The position numbers were made by a program, and so were the translations under genes. A stretch of DNA of 16,253 nucleotides. Origin: an uncultured bacterium. GTDB lineage: Bacteria > Hydrogenedentota > Hydrogenedentia > Hydrogenedentales > JAEUWI01. Positions 7,046-16,224 of this stretch are shown one piece after another (positions within the stretch are counted from its first letter, which is position 1; the number at the start of each line of letters is the position of its first letter). The stretch is from positions 1 through 16,253 of the forward strand of contig CAXBPH010000152.1 of the NCBI GenBank assembly GCA_963977445.1. Reading direction: 5' to 3'. The notes beneath the pieces are model-generated. The model made no database searches. It was not told the DNA's origin and saw only the letters and a list, made by a program, of their open reading frames with translations.

Positions 7046-8413
7046 CTACTCGGCGGTTACCTTGGAGGAAAGTTGTCGGTGTACCTCGTCGACGATTTTT
7101 TGCTCCAGTCCAGGGGCCCATGGCGCGGGACGCCCCTGGTAGACCATGGCTTTGCCGCCTTCGTAGCCCCCTTCGGCGAGGACACGTTCGGAAGGGATGT
7201 AGGCACACAGGTCGTTCGCATAGGTGGCGACCCAGGTGCTTTCTTTGCCCAGTTCTTTCTTGAATCGCAGGGAATAATCGACCACGGCTTCTCCGCCGAG
7301 GAAGATGGCGTTCAGCGAATCGCCTATCTGGAGTGTTTGAATCGGTACGGGGTAGTTGGGGGCAATGGGGATGCCCTTATCCAGCTGCTCCAGCAAGATT
7401 TCAGCGCGCCGCGCATGGTATACGTCGTCCCCTTTCAAATCAGCCTGCAGGGTTTCGCGCGTGGGAAGGGTATCGAAGTCCAGGCTAATCCGTTCTAACT
7501 GGGAGCTGATGGGGCCGGTAAGGGGGCGCATGGGGGTCTCCAGGACCTCATCTACCGCGTCTGCCAGACTTTTGCCATATTCCTGCGCTAACCGGAGTTC
7601 CCGCCGGGGCAGGGGGTTAATATCGCCCCCGCAACCGGTCACGAAGATCGCAGTGGCGTCTGGATGGCTCGCTTCGAGTTCCGCTTGAGCAAATCCCGGA
7701 TAGTCACCGGACCACTTGTATAGCTCCACGGTGGTGGCATGACAGGCGTACCCGAAGGCCACGGCCGTCAGTTTGCCTTCGGGATCGGTCACACGTAAGA
7801 CCGGCACATCGTGATCCACCGGGCCCTGGGCAACGAAACCCGGTTTGCCTACCTCCGCCTCGATGTTGTTTCGGCGGTTCACCCCAAAGCCCGCGTTGCC
7901 GTTGCCAAAGGCAAGATTGGCCGGTTGGAGGTTTTCCATCAATCCTGCTGTCAGGGACAGAATCTTCCCTTCAAGCACCTGGCTATACCGTTCCAGCGCT
8001 GCAACCTGTTTTTCATCAATGGGATAAATAATCTTGTTTTCGATGGCGTGCAACGGAGGTCCACAGTGGGTGTGGGTACACACCAGCGCAATCTGTTCCC
8101 GGCTCAGGCCGTGGGCTTCGCTGATACGTTTCGTAACCGATTCGACAAAGGGTGCCGGCAAGGTGATTACCTCGAGTGAAATCAGCAGGAACCGCCGGTC
8201 CTGCTCGTCTGCCAGCAGCAAGCCCTTGGCATGGAGGTCGTGTACTTTCTCTGAAACCGGTTTCGTGCGCGACGCATAGCCCCCCGCCCACAACTCCCCT
8301 TCCGGCGTGATAACGACCGCGCCCGATGCGGCCCGGTATGCTGCGCCCTGAACAAGTGACGTGACCGCGCAGGCCAGAACAACGCAGAGGCATAGTGTCC
8401 CTGTGTAATGCAT
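7046..8413 (-). CDS. Secreted neutral/alkaline ceramidase N-terminal-domain family protein (Zn-dependent amidohydrolase-like)
   Basis: Signal peptide; motifs GGYASR, HDLHAKGL, CTHTHCGP, GVNRR, GPVDHDVPVL, GYACHAT, SGDYPG, GCGGDINP and YIPS...EGGYEG. Confidence 0.9.
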   Translation of the reverse strand: MHYTGTLCLCVVLACAVTSLVQGAAYRAASGAVVITPEGELWAGGYASRTKPVSEKVHDLHAKGLLLADEQDRRFLLISLEVITLPAPFVESVTKRISEAHGLSREQIALVCTHTHCGPPLHAIENKIIYPIDEKQVAALERYSQVLEGKILSLTAGLMENLQPANLAFGNGNAGFGVNRRNNIEAEVGKPGFVAQGPVDHDVPVLRVTDPEGKLTAVAFGYACHATTVELYKWSGDYPGFAQAELEASHPDATAIFVTGCGGDINPLPRRELRLAQEYGKSLADAVDEVLETPMRPLTGPISSQLERISLDFDTLPTRETLQADLKGDDVYHARRAEILLEQLDKGIPIAPNYPVPIQTLQIGDSLNAIFLGGEAVVDYSLRFKKELGKESTWVATYANDLCAYIPSERVLAEGGYEGGKAMVYQGRPAPWAPGLEQKIVDEVHRQLSSKVTAE

Positions 8414-8698
8414 AAGTTACTATCCTTCCCCGCGACCGCAGGGAGTTGCAGGAGTCTTTCCTGATTTACAATCTACACGTCCACAGAACCGTTTCCGTTT
8501 CACCGGCCCTGGACCCGATCGCGCATTCAGAAAGCGAAATGTCATTATGGGTGCAGAAGGGAGTTAAATCAATGGCTTGGGTAAGTGAGGTAGACCGCGC
8601 GCAAATTCAGTTCCTTAGTTTCGGTAGCACACACATTCGCCCGCAAAAGGCCAGTAAAATGGTAGATTGGCCACAATCCGATAAAGCAATCGTTGACA

Positions 8699-8815
8699 AT
8701 TGGGAGTGCAGGTCGAGGACGCGTCGCAGGAGGGCGGCCCGCCAAGCTCGATGGCCCAAGGCTCGTAGTTTTTACGTCTTCGACGTAATGCAGGCGAGCC
8801 GCCTGCGCTCCCAAT
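8699..8815. repeat. REP doublet (REPIN-like): intact right REP and interrupted left REP in inverted orientation
   Basis: Right unit GCAGGCGAGCCGCCTGCGCTCCCAAT (8790-8815). Left ATTGGGAGTGCAGG (8699-8712) is its reverse complement with 1 mismatch. Internal hairpin TTACGTC-TTC-GACGTAA (8772-8788). Confidence 0.75.
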
Positions 8816-9060
8816 CCGCCATTCAGATAGATGGACACAACACCCTTCCCGTGGTTCATCAGGCACGCACGCCACGTCGGAGCGGGTGAATTACGCAGAC
8901 GAATGCGACACGAGTCCACCGTTGACGTTTTGAGGGCAATTCCGCCCATTCGATTGCGATTGGTGTGCGGTATTGTTATTCTCAGCGACGCCCATCGACG
9001 CCTTTTTCTGCGACGTAGATGAGCCGCCGTATATTCGCACCCCATTGGAGAGGAACAATC

Positions 9061-10125
9061 ATGAAGCCATTCCCGAGAGCACGCGTCCACCTGTTGCTGG
9101 TGAGCGCCATGCTGCTGTCGTTGTCCGTATTGGCCCAAGAGTCCACCCCCGCACCAGGTACTCCCGAGGCGAAGGTTGCCGAAACGCAGCCCGTTAGTCG
9201 CCATGACCTGGAGGTTCGCGCCAGCGAGATTAACCCGCAGGCGAAAGAATACCCGGAGCTCGGATTTGTCTTCGCCGACGAAAAGGGCAATCCGAAGGAT
9301 CTTCAGCACGCCGTGGTCGACACGGGTGTGCCTTCCCGAGGCCAGTTGGTCATCTGGTTGATGGGACATAATCAGCGCTTCTTCGAGCACCTCGCGAGTT
9401 ATGGGTTGCACGCGATTCAGCCGCACTATGCGAATGGCTGGTTCTCAAAAATAGCTGGGGCAAAACGCGATGACGGAACGACCTTGGGCCAGGTGCGACT
9501 CGAAGCCGCGACGGGTGACGATCACAGCTCCCAGATAAACCTTGCGAAACCCGACGGTCTCGCGGAACGGTCGATTCAGTTGGTAAAATGGCTTGCAGAG
9601 ACCGACCCCGAAGCTAAGTGGGAACAGTTTCTGACCGACGATCGTTCCGACTTACGATGGGAGAAGGTGATCCTGTCGGGCATCTCCCACGGTTCGACGA
9701 CTGCCGCGCGCTTTGCCAAACACCAGAAAGTGGCCCGTGTGGTGATGTTCTCCGGGCCGCGTGATCAGTTTGAAACCTGGCACGGTTTCCCTTCCGCCAC
9801 GCCGCCGAATCGTTACTTCGGCTTTACCCACGTCCTCGACAGTGGCTGGGTTGGCGACCACTACTGTCGCTCCTGGCAAATGCTGGGGCTTGCCGAATTT
9901 GGGCCCTTGGTCAACGTAGACCAGGCGAGCGCACCCTACGGCAATTCACGTCGGCTGATTACCAATATCGACGTGGACAATGACAGCGGCCGCGCCCACG
10001 GGGTGGTAATCTCCGGCACCGCCTGGCCTGAAGTATGGCGATACCTGTTCACCCACCCGGTCGATCAAACCGGTGATCCTGTGCCCTTCGATGAGGATTG
10101 CAGGATGGATCTACGCCCCAAATGA
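9061..10125 (+). CDS. Secreted alpha/beta-hydrolase-like protein (BPSS1187-like family)
   Basis: GAGAGGA RBS precedes ATG 9061. Signal peptide; GxSxG nucleophile elbow (ILSGISHGS); also VVMFSGPRD, FTHVLD and a C-terminal His (RAHG). Confidence 0.8.
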   Translation: MKPFPRARVHLLLVSAMLLSLSVLAQESTPAPGTPEAKVAETQPVSRHDLEVRASEINPQAKEYPELGFVFADEKGNPKDLQHAVVDTGVPSRGQLVIWLMGHNQRFFEHLASYGLHAIQPHYANGWFSKIAGAKRDDGTTLGQVRLEAATGDDHSSQINLAKPDGLAERSIQLVKWLAETDPEAKWEQFLTDDRSDLRWEKVILSGISHGSTTAARFAKHQKVARVVMFSGPRDQFETWHGFPSATPPNRYFGFTHVLDSGWVGDHYCRSWQMLGLAEFGPLVNVDQASAPYGNSRRLITNIDVDNDSGRAHGVVISGTAWPEVWRYLFTHPVDQTGDPVPFDEDCRMDLRPK

Positions 10126-10219
10126 AATGATTCACGACGATAATTCGCCCGATACTTTTTTCGCCGTTTTGTTTTATGCTGCCGGCCACACCGGTCTCGG
10201 TCAGTGACCTGAATACGCG

Positions 10220-10262
10220 CATAACCCAAGGGTCGTCGCATCGGCTCTGGCCCCCCCTACCA
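10220..10262 (+). pseudogene. Decayed 3' half of initiator tRNA-Met(CAT), probably an old att scar
   Basis: CATAACCCAAGGGTCGTCGCATCGGCTCTGGCCCCCCCTACCA matches a typical tRNA-fMet 3' half (CATAACCCGAAGGTCGTCGGTTCAAATCCGGCCCCCGCTACCA) at 34/43 positions without gaps. The T-loop is eroded and no 5' half is present. Confidence 0.72.
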
Positions 10263-10270
10263 TATGACAT

Positions 10271-10306
10271 AAAAGGACTTTCGGCAATGCCGTAAGTCCT
10301 TTTTTT
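10271..10306 (+). terminator. Rho-independent terminator, potentially bidirectional
   Basis: AAAAGGACTT-T-CGGC-AAT-GCCG-T-AAGTCCTTTTTTT. Confidence 0.85.
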
Positions 10307-10696
10307 CGTGTAAAAATGGCGGTCCTTCCTGAAAACTTATCCGTCCTGTAATTGTCGTCCTTCTGACTGTGTTTTCATGCTTGAGCAACGTAGCGAGCAG
10401 TCCTGCTTTCGGTCAGTTTTTGGACGTGTCAATTCAGGATTTTGCACGACCGAACACATTTCTCCCACGGAGATAGCGCGAAACGGACGGAAGAGATTCC
10501 GGGTGAGAATTACGGAGTGTGGCGTTCGTATCGATGATGAATTCCACCGATCTGAGGCAAAGCTGTAGTCTAGTCTTGGGCCGGTGTCTGGACAGGGCGG
10601 GTTGATGGGCTTTCCATCTCAAGCGACGGATTGAGGTATTCGACCTACTCGGCGAGAGAACGTTTCCGAGGTGATTCGCTCATGACGACTACTTGC

Positions 10697-10893
10697 TCGA
10701 TACATTCTCGCTGCCAGTGTACCGTTCACGTAATTGTTTTTAGCGCGCTCCATTTGCGTAGAATACTTCAGTCCTACTTTGAGTACTACCACAAAGACCG
10801 AAAACGCTTGGGACTCGGTAAGGAGACGCCGATGGGATGTGGAGTTTCGAATCGTGCATGACCCCTGCTCCAGGCGGGCCACACCATCGATTC
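10697..10893 (+). pseudogene. C-terminal relic of an integrase-core (rve-type DDE) transposase
   Basis: CTVHVIVFSALHLRRILQSYFEYYHKDRKRLGLGKETP, then frameshifted GGPHHRF, match the consensus 'ECLDHVIVF.E.HLRR.L..Y..YYH..R.H.GL.K.TP...GGLHHRY'. A weaker trace (RFRVRITECGV) lies near 10490-10525. Confidence 0.8.
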
Positions 10894-11055
10894 CTATGGA
10901 GTGAGGGCGGATGAATGCCTAATGATCGAATAGGTGCCCGGCACAACCCAACAGTAGATGAGTCAGGCATTGCTTCGGTGGACTGGCGGTTCGTCTCCCA
11001 TTCGGTTAAGATCGAATGTCTCATTCATAACAACAAAGAGTTGGAGCAGCGTCCC

Positions 11056-12231
11056 ATGGCATTTTCCTGGCGGTTAACCTGTACGTTTATCGCTGTTCTC
11101 TGTACCGTTAGCCTGGGGTTCCAATACTCGAGTGCACAAAATGCCCAGGGAGTATCGCAGGCGGACACCCCAGCAGGTCTGTGGCAATCCGCAGCACCTA
11201 TGAACGAACGTCGCGAATATGCAGGTGGTGTTCTTCTTCAAAACGGAAGCGTTCTGGCTGTCTCGGGCCACCCCCTGGAAGGAAAGTCGATCGCGAGTGC
11301 CGAACTTTACGACCCTCAGACTGGAGAGTGGAGCAACACGGGATCGCTGCGGGAGCCGCGAAACGGGGGTAACTCAGCTACCCTGTTGTTGGATGGCCGC
11401 GTGCTTCTTGCGGGCGGGCACAATAACGTTCGAGTTATAAGTGGAGCGGAGTTGTTTGATCCGACGACGGGCAAATGGAGCGATACCGGTTCCCTGAGCG
11501 TCGGACGTGACCCAGTAGCGACGTTGCTGGCAGACGGCCGCGTGCTTGCTGCCGGCGGTATCGACTGGTTTACTGATTCAGGCAAGGCGCATTCCGAGGC
11601 AGAACTCTATGACCCGAACACAGGCGAATGGACCCCCACGGGTTCGATGACCACGGCACGTTATGCGCACAAGGCGACGTTGCTCAACGATGGGCGGGTC
11701 TTGCACGTCGGTGGGTACCAAGAGGGCGATGTGCTATTAGCGAGTGCTGAGCTTTACGACCCAAAAACAGGGCTCTGGAAAACGACCGGAGACCTCCCGT
11801 CGTCACGCGTAGCATTCAGTTTGGTAAAGTTACACGATGGTCGTGTCCTAATAGTAGGGGGGTTCACCGGCCTCTCCTCGAAAACTCGGACGTATGTGGC
11901 GAGCGCGGCGCTGTATGATCCGAAAACGGGATACTGGAGCGAGACTAAACCCATGAATGCCAGGCGAGCAGGTTTTTCAACTACTCTGCTACCAAACGGA
12001 AAAGTGCTCGTCGCTGGCGGCTGGGCGGAGAGCCAACGGGAACTCAAGGAGGCCGAGCTCTTCGATCCCGCTACCCAAACCTGGCACTTTGTAGCATCAA
12101 TGAATGTGGCTCGGCGAAACCACCGGGCGACACTATTGTCAGACGGCAGGGTGCTCGTGATTGGTGGCAGCTACCTCTTCGGGGACCGGTATCTCGCGAG
12201 CTGTGAAATATTCAGGATTGAGATTTATTAG
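11056..12231 (+). CDS. Secreted Kelch-repeat protein (7-bladed beta-propeller)
   Basis: GGAG RBS precedes ATG 11056. Signal peptide; seven repeats of 'M...R..H.ATLL.DGRVL..GG......SAELYDP.TG.W'. Confidence 0.92.
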   Translation: MAFSWRLTCTFIAVLCTVSLGFQYSSAQNAQGVSQADTPAGLWQSAAPMNERREYAGGVLLQNGSVLAVSGHPLEGKSIASAELYDPQTGEWSNTGSLREPRNGGNSATLLLDGRVLLAGGHNNVRVISGAELFDPTTGKWSDTGSLSVGRDPVATLLADGRVLAAGGIDWFTDSGKAHSEAELYDPNTGEWTPTGSMTTARYAHKATLLNDGRVLHVGGYQEGDVLLASAELYDPKTGLWKTTGDLPSSRVAFSLVKLHDGRVLIVGGFTGLSSKTRTYVASAALYDPKTGYWSETKPMNARRAGFSTTLLPNGKVLVAGGWAESQRELKEAELFDPATQTWHFVASMNVARRNHRATLLSDGRVLVIGGSYLFGDRYLASCEIFRIEIY

Positions 12232-12331
12232 GGGGTGCGGAACTATAGACTTCCGCTCTCGGTTGTAATTTTCGATATCATAACCCTGATTCGACAATGA
12301 AGGGAACACATGGATAAATTGGGATATAATA

Positions 12332-12386
12332 AATAGAGACAGCCACGAATAGCGCCTAATTGGCGCCATTCGTGGCTGTCTCTATT
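12332..12386. repeat. 55-bp near-perfect palindrome (REP doublet-like)
   Basis: AATAGAGACAGCCACGAATAGCGCC-TAATT-GGCGCCATTCGTGGCTGTCTCTATT: 25-bp arms, one mismatch, 5-nt loop. Confidence 0.9.
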
Positions 12387-12479
12387 CTCCAGAATTGACT
12401 GCATCGTCTGCCTTCGTCATACTGCGTCTTTGCTCCCTGCGGTGGTCGCTGGTGGGTTCATTTGGGAGGCCCTGACGCC

Positions 12480-14171
12480 ATGAAAACGATGTTCACCTTA
12501 CTCTTCTTATTTCCGGCGCTGACGCTCACCACCTTCGCCGACGGCACCCCTGCGTGGCCCCCGGGTGAAAGCATCTCGTGGGCCTGGGAGTACGCTGCGG
12601 ACGCGTTGCCCAACGAGGCGGACGTCCATTGGAGTACCAATCTGAACGCCGGTACCGACGCCGTGCTTGAGGCCGACGGGCTCCGTGTTTTAGACCAGAG
12701 CTCACAACCCGGTAGTTTGCGCCGGTACACCCGTTCCTGGCGGGTCGATCCGGCCGTGGGTGGCGTCATCGAAGCGCGGATTAAGGTGGTCGATAATAAT
12801 CAATTCTGCGGGGTGGGCCTTATGTTGGCGGACGGTGTCCACGAAGCCCATCTTACGCTCTATCCCGACCGGGTGGATATGAACAATGGGACGGCCACCC
12901 ATGCCATGAACACGACGGATGGCTTTCACACCTACCGACTGGCGGCGCGCGGGAATGACTTCCTGCTGTGGGTGGATGGCGAGCAAGTCATTGATGGGAC
13001 CGACCGCCACACCTATCCCGCCCATTCATCGCGGTGTCGCGTCTCCTTCGGATCGGGCGCGAGTGCCGCTGTTTCAGAAGCCATCTATGCTTCCGTACGC
13101 TACGCGCCGCTGGGGGAACTTCCCCTGCCCGATCGCGTACCCAGCGCCCAAGACGTGGTGGTCTACAAAGAGCCAGGAATATACGCCTGCTTCCCCAGTA
13201 TGTACCGCACGGAAGACGGTGATCTCGTTGCTTCCTTTGGCACACGGGTCCGTCGCAGTCACATTGACGGGACCGGTGGTGGCGCAGCCCGTATCTCCAA
13301 AGATGGGGGCTACACCTGGGTGCCGCTGGAGGGACGTCGTCCCCTGAACCCGGCCGCTCGCTGCGCTGACGGAAGTGTGGTTGTCGCCGATGCCTACGGC
13401 TGGCGCGAAGTACCGGCGGATCGCCGTGGGGAATTCGACAAAAAGAACATCACCGTCCGCGATGTGCGCGAGGGGGTGGTTGCCTATCTTCAGGGTGCCC
13501 GCGTTCGACGGAGTACCGACGACGGGGTCACCTGGACCGACGAAGAACTCGACCTGCCGCCCCACCAATCGGTTATGAGCTACAATCGCGTCGACCAGGC
13601 GTCACTTTCTCCGGGCCTCCGTGTGGTGTCCATCTACGGCAACCTCAAAGAAAATGCCCATTCCCGTGCGTTCCTGCTGCGCTCCGAAGACGATGGCAAG
13701 GATTGGCAGTTTCTTCCCCTCGCGGCACAGGATGGCGTTGACCTGAATGAAACGGCCCTCGCCCAGAATGCAAAAGGCGAACTGGTGGCCATGATTCGTT
13801 CCGAGCCCCCTGCGGGCGGTCACCTCTACGTCGCAATCAGCACCGACGCTGGCCTTACGTGGGAGCCCGCACGCAAGACCGAGCTCTGGGGCTATCCGGC
13901 CCACCTGCTCCGCCTGCTCGACGGCCGCATGCTGTGCACCTACAGCTATCGTCACACGCCCATGGGCATACGGGCTGCAATCAGCCCCGACGGTGGGCGC
14001 ACGTGGAACGCCGAGGATGAAGTTATCCTGCGCAACGATGGTATGCACCATGGATCCGACCTCGGCTATCCCATCAGCATAGAGACGGAGCCCGGGCACA
14101 TCGTCACCATCTATTACATGACCAACGACGACGGCGTAACACACGTCGCCGTCACCCATTGGGACGTCTAG
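12480..14171 (+). CDS. Secreted BNR/Asp-box beta-propeller (sialidase-like) protein with N-terminal ConA/LamG-like beta-sandwich
   Basis: GGGAGG RBS precedes ATG 12480. Signal peptide; five Asp-boxes (SKDGGYTW, STDDGVTW, SEDDGKDW, STDAGLTW, SPDGGRTW); NET and DLGYP motifs; 'DGFHTYRL...LWVDG' lectin-like strands. Confidence 0.88.
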   Translation: MKTMFTLLFLFPALTLTTFADGTPAWPPGESISWAWEYAADALPNEADVHWSTNLNAGTDAVLEADGLRVLDQSSQPGSLRRYTRSWRVDPAVGGVIEARIKVVDNNQFCGVGLMLADGVHEAHLTLYPDRVDMNNGTATHAMNTTDGFHTYRLAARGNDFLLWVDGEQVIDGTDRHTYPAHSSRCRVSFGSGASAAVSEAIYASVRYAPLGELPLPDRVPSAQDVVVYKEPGIYACFPSMYRTEDGDLVASFGTRVRRSHIDGTGGGAARISKDGGYTWVPLEGRRPLNPAARCADGSVVVADAYGWREVPADRRGEFDKKNITVRDVREGVVAYLQGARVRRSTDDGVTWTDEELDLPPHQSVMSYNRVDQASLSPGLRVVSIYGNLKENAHSRAFLLRSEDDGKDWQFLPLAAQDGVDLNETALAQNAKGELVAMIRSEPPAGGHLYVAISTDAGLTWEPARKTELWGYPAHLLRLLDGRMLCTYSYRHTPMGIRAAISPDGGRTWNAEDEVILRNDGMHHGSDLGYPISIETEPGHIVTIYYMTNDDGVTHVAVTHWDV

Positions 14172-14230
14172 CCCTGAGAAAGTGACCGTTCAAATTCGAT
14201 TCGTAATCGCAGCAACGTGGAGGGTCAACG

Positions 14231-15211
14231 GTGCGCATGTCTGATCGCTGGACGCCGAACGTGGTCTTTTTCGGGCTTACATTAGGGGTGCTCGCCGTCA
14301 TACCCATGCTGAGTATCACGACCGGAGCGACGATGGACTTCGACGCTTCTGCCGCTCGGGCTACGGAGAAAACGGGCATCGAACAAACGTCGAATTTGCT
14401 TGTGGTAATTCGACTCGCCTTGGCAGAGCCGGCACTTTGGCTTCTCATCCTCGGGTCGTGCGTGCCCATGCTGGCCGCACTTATCACATGCCTGCTCTTT
14501 GACCGAAGTGAAATTTTGCGTATTTTCGGACGACTACGGCCGGTCATGCCGGGGGCTTCGCTGGCCACCGCCCTCAAGGCCTACGTACTCCTTTTCCTGA
14601 CTATCCCTGTTTTGTTGGGTATTATCTTTGGAGTCCGCCAACTCCTACCCGGCGATTTTGCGTATGTTCATTCTGGATACATCTTCGGACCGGGGCTCGT
14701 CGTTGCGCTCCTCTTGTCGGCATTCCTGGATCAGGGGGGTGTGCTTGAGGAACTTGGCTGGCGCGGATACGGGCAACCCACGCTGCAGGAGAAGCTATTG
14801 ACCCCGCTGAATGCCGCACTCGTTATCGGTCTCGCCTGGGGCCTTTGGCACGTACCCCGTGACGTCGTGGATGGGGTTGTGGATCGCCTGGGCCTGATCC
14901 AATACCTGGGCCTCTACCTGCCGTCTTTCGTGCTTGGCACCTTGGCGACCTCTATCATCATCGGCTATTTTATGAATCGCACCGGCGGCAGCGTCCTTCC
15001 CGGGATTATGATTCATGGAATTTCTAACGATGCTGTCGGCATCGCGGGAGAAGCCACGATGGCCGTGGCCCTCACCCCCTACCATCAGCTCACCCAAAAC
15101 ATACCCTTCGCTCTCTTGGCCGCCCTGCTCGTGCTCATGCACGGGAAAGAGCTGGGTAAGCCAGGAAGAACCACTTATCCCTCTGCTTCGTCGGTATATT
15201 TTGACGGTTGA
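14231..15211 (+). CDS. CPBP-family (type II CAAX/Abi) intramembrane glutamic protease
   Basis: GGAGG RBS 7 nt before GTG. Multiple TM helices; motifs EELGWRG, WGLWH and HGISND. Confidence 0.92.
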   Translation: MRMSDRWTPNVVFFGLTLGVLAVIPMLSITTGATMDFDASAARATEKTGIEQTSNLLVVIRLALAEPALWLLILGSCVPMLAALITCLLFDRSEILRIFGRLRPVMPGASLATALKAYVLLFLTIPVLLGIIFGVRQLLPGDFAYVHSGYIFGPGLVVALLLSAFLDQGGVLEELGWRGYGQPTLQEKLLTPLNAALVIGLAWGLWHVPRDVVDGVVDRLGLIQYLGLYLPSFVLGTLATSIIIGYFMNRTGGSVLPGIMIHGISNDAVGIAGEATMAVALTPYHQLTQNIPFALLAALLVLMHGKELGKPGRTTYPSASSVYFDG

Positions 15212-15356
15212 ATCTACGCACACCCCATTTTTCCTCGACTCCTTCACCAGACCTATCTATACTCGAAGCGCCCCGTCTTTCAGGTTTTTTTTGGGCTAAC
15301 AGACCAATGGAAGAACCATAGTACGCGGTGCACTTCACGGAAAACGGGTTCCCCCC

Positions 15357-15977
15357 TCAATACGCTATCGATGGGTCAAAGGTCTTTCTGTTGATACTAT
15401 ACCCCTCCTTCTTAAGCCTCATCTCGTCATTGGTCTGAATAGAGAATCGCATGTGCGGGATCTTCTCTTCGCTGAGCGCACACTTCGTGTGTAGTTTGAC
15501 ATGGACCTCCTGCCCGGAGTTCCCAACAGGAATCCCCGCGCCCAGCCAAGTGAAACGAGGGCCCCTCAGGCTGAAGTCTTTGGAGCCACTGAATTCGTCA
15601 ACGACCTCCCCATCAATCAGCAGGCTGTATTCGACATCGATTTTCGCCCAGCCTTCTACGGAATCAGGGCGCGGTGGTTCTGGAAAAAACAGCAGGCTGG
15701 TCACATACGAACCGGGCGGCAAGGCCATCCAGAACTCGCATTCGCTCTCTCCGGAGCCAGTTACTTCGAGGGGAAACTCGAAGGCAACGTGTGGTCGCGT
15801 TCGACTTTGATAGAGCAACACTGCCATCACCGCGAAGAGCGCCGCTATCACTATACATACAAGCAACTGAACTGCCGCAGCGACTCCGTTATGGGTGCGC
15901 TGCCTATACAACATGTATCCAATACTCAGCACCATGGGCAGCCACATGGCCATGATTACCTCGGTAGATAGCGCCAT
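15357..15977 (-). CDS. Hypothetical membrane protein (two N-terminal TM helices plus beta-rich soluble domain)
   Basis: GAGG precedes ATG 15977. Hydrophobic segments VIMAMWLPMVLSIGYMLY and VAAAVQLLVCIVIAALFAVMAVLLY, followed by alternating beta-strand pattern. Confidence 0.72.
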   Translation of the reverse strand: MALSTEVIMAMWLPMVLSIGYMLYRQRTHNGVAAAVQLLVCIVIAALFAVMAVLLYQSRTRPHVAFEFPLEVTGSGESECEFWMALPPGSYVTSLLFFPEPPRPDSVEGWAKIDVEYSLLIDGEVVDEFSGSKDFSLRGPRFTWLGAGIPVGNSGQEVHVKLHTKCALSEEKIPHMRFSIQTNDEMRLKKEGYSINRKTFDPSIAY

Positions 15978-16198
15978 TTCAACGACCTCATTGTAGTGCT
16001 TCCTATCAAGGAAGGCAGCCCCTCTTTGAAAGCCTCCGTTGTAGCCACGGTGGCACAAGGTGTTGTTGGAACTGTGCTTTCACTATTTATGCACACGAAT
16101 TCTCACTGTACTACTACCCAGAATTATCTTGCTCTTTCCAAATGATTTATTAGACACGAATTTCTTAACATATTGTCCCCGTATATATTCCAGAGCCT

Positions 16199-16224
16199 TC
16201 ATCCTCGCGAACGCGGGGATCCAG
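16199..16224. repeat. REP-like palindrome of the TCATCCCCGCG..CGCGGGGATCCA type
   Basis: TCATCCTCGCG-AA-CGCGGGGAT-CCAG. Confidence 0.7.

Noticed and set aside
8569..9426. 285-aa minus-strand ORF
   Set aside because: It is antisense to the hydrolase gene, runs through a REP element, and has no protein-like motifs.
15294..15356. attC-like site (GGCTAAC...GTT) after the CPBP gene
   Set aside because: The right end GTTCCCC does not fit GTTRRRY, arm complementarity is poor, and no integron integrase or other attC sites were seen.
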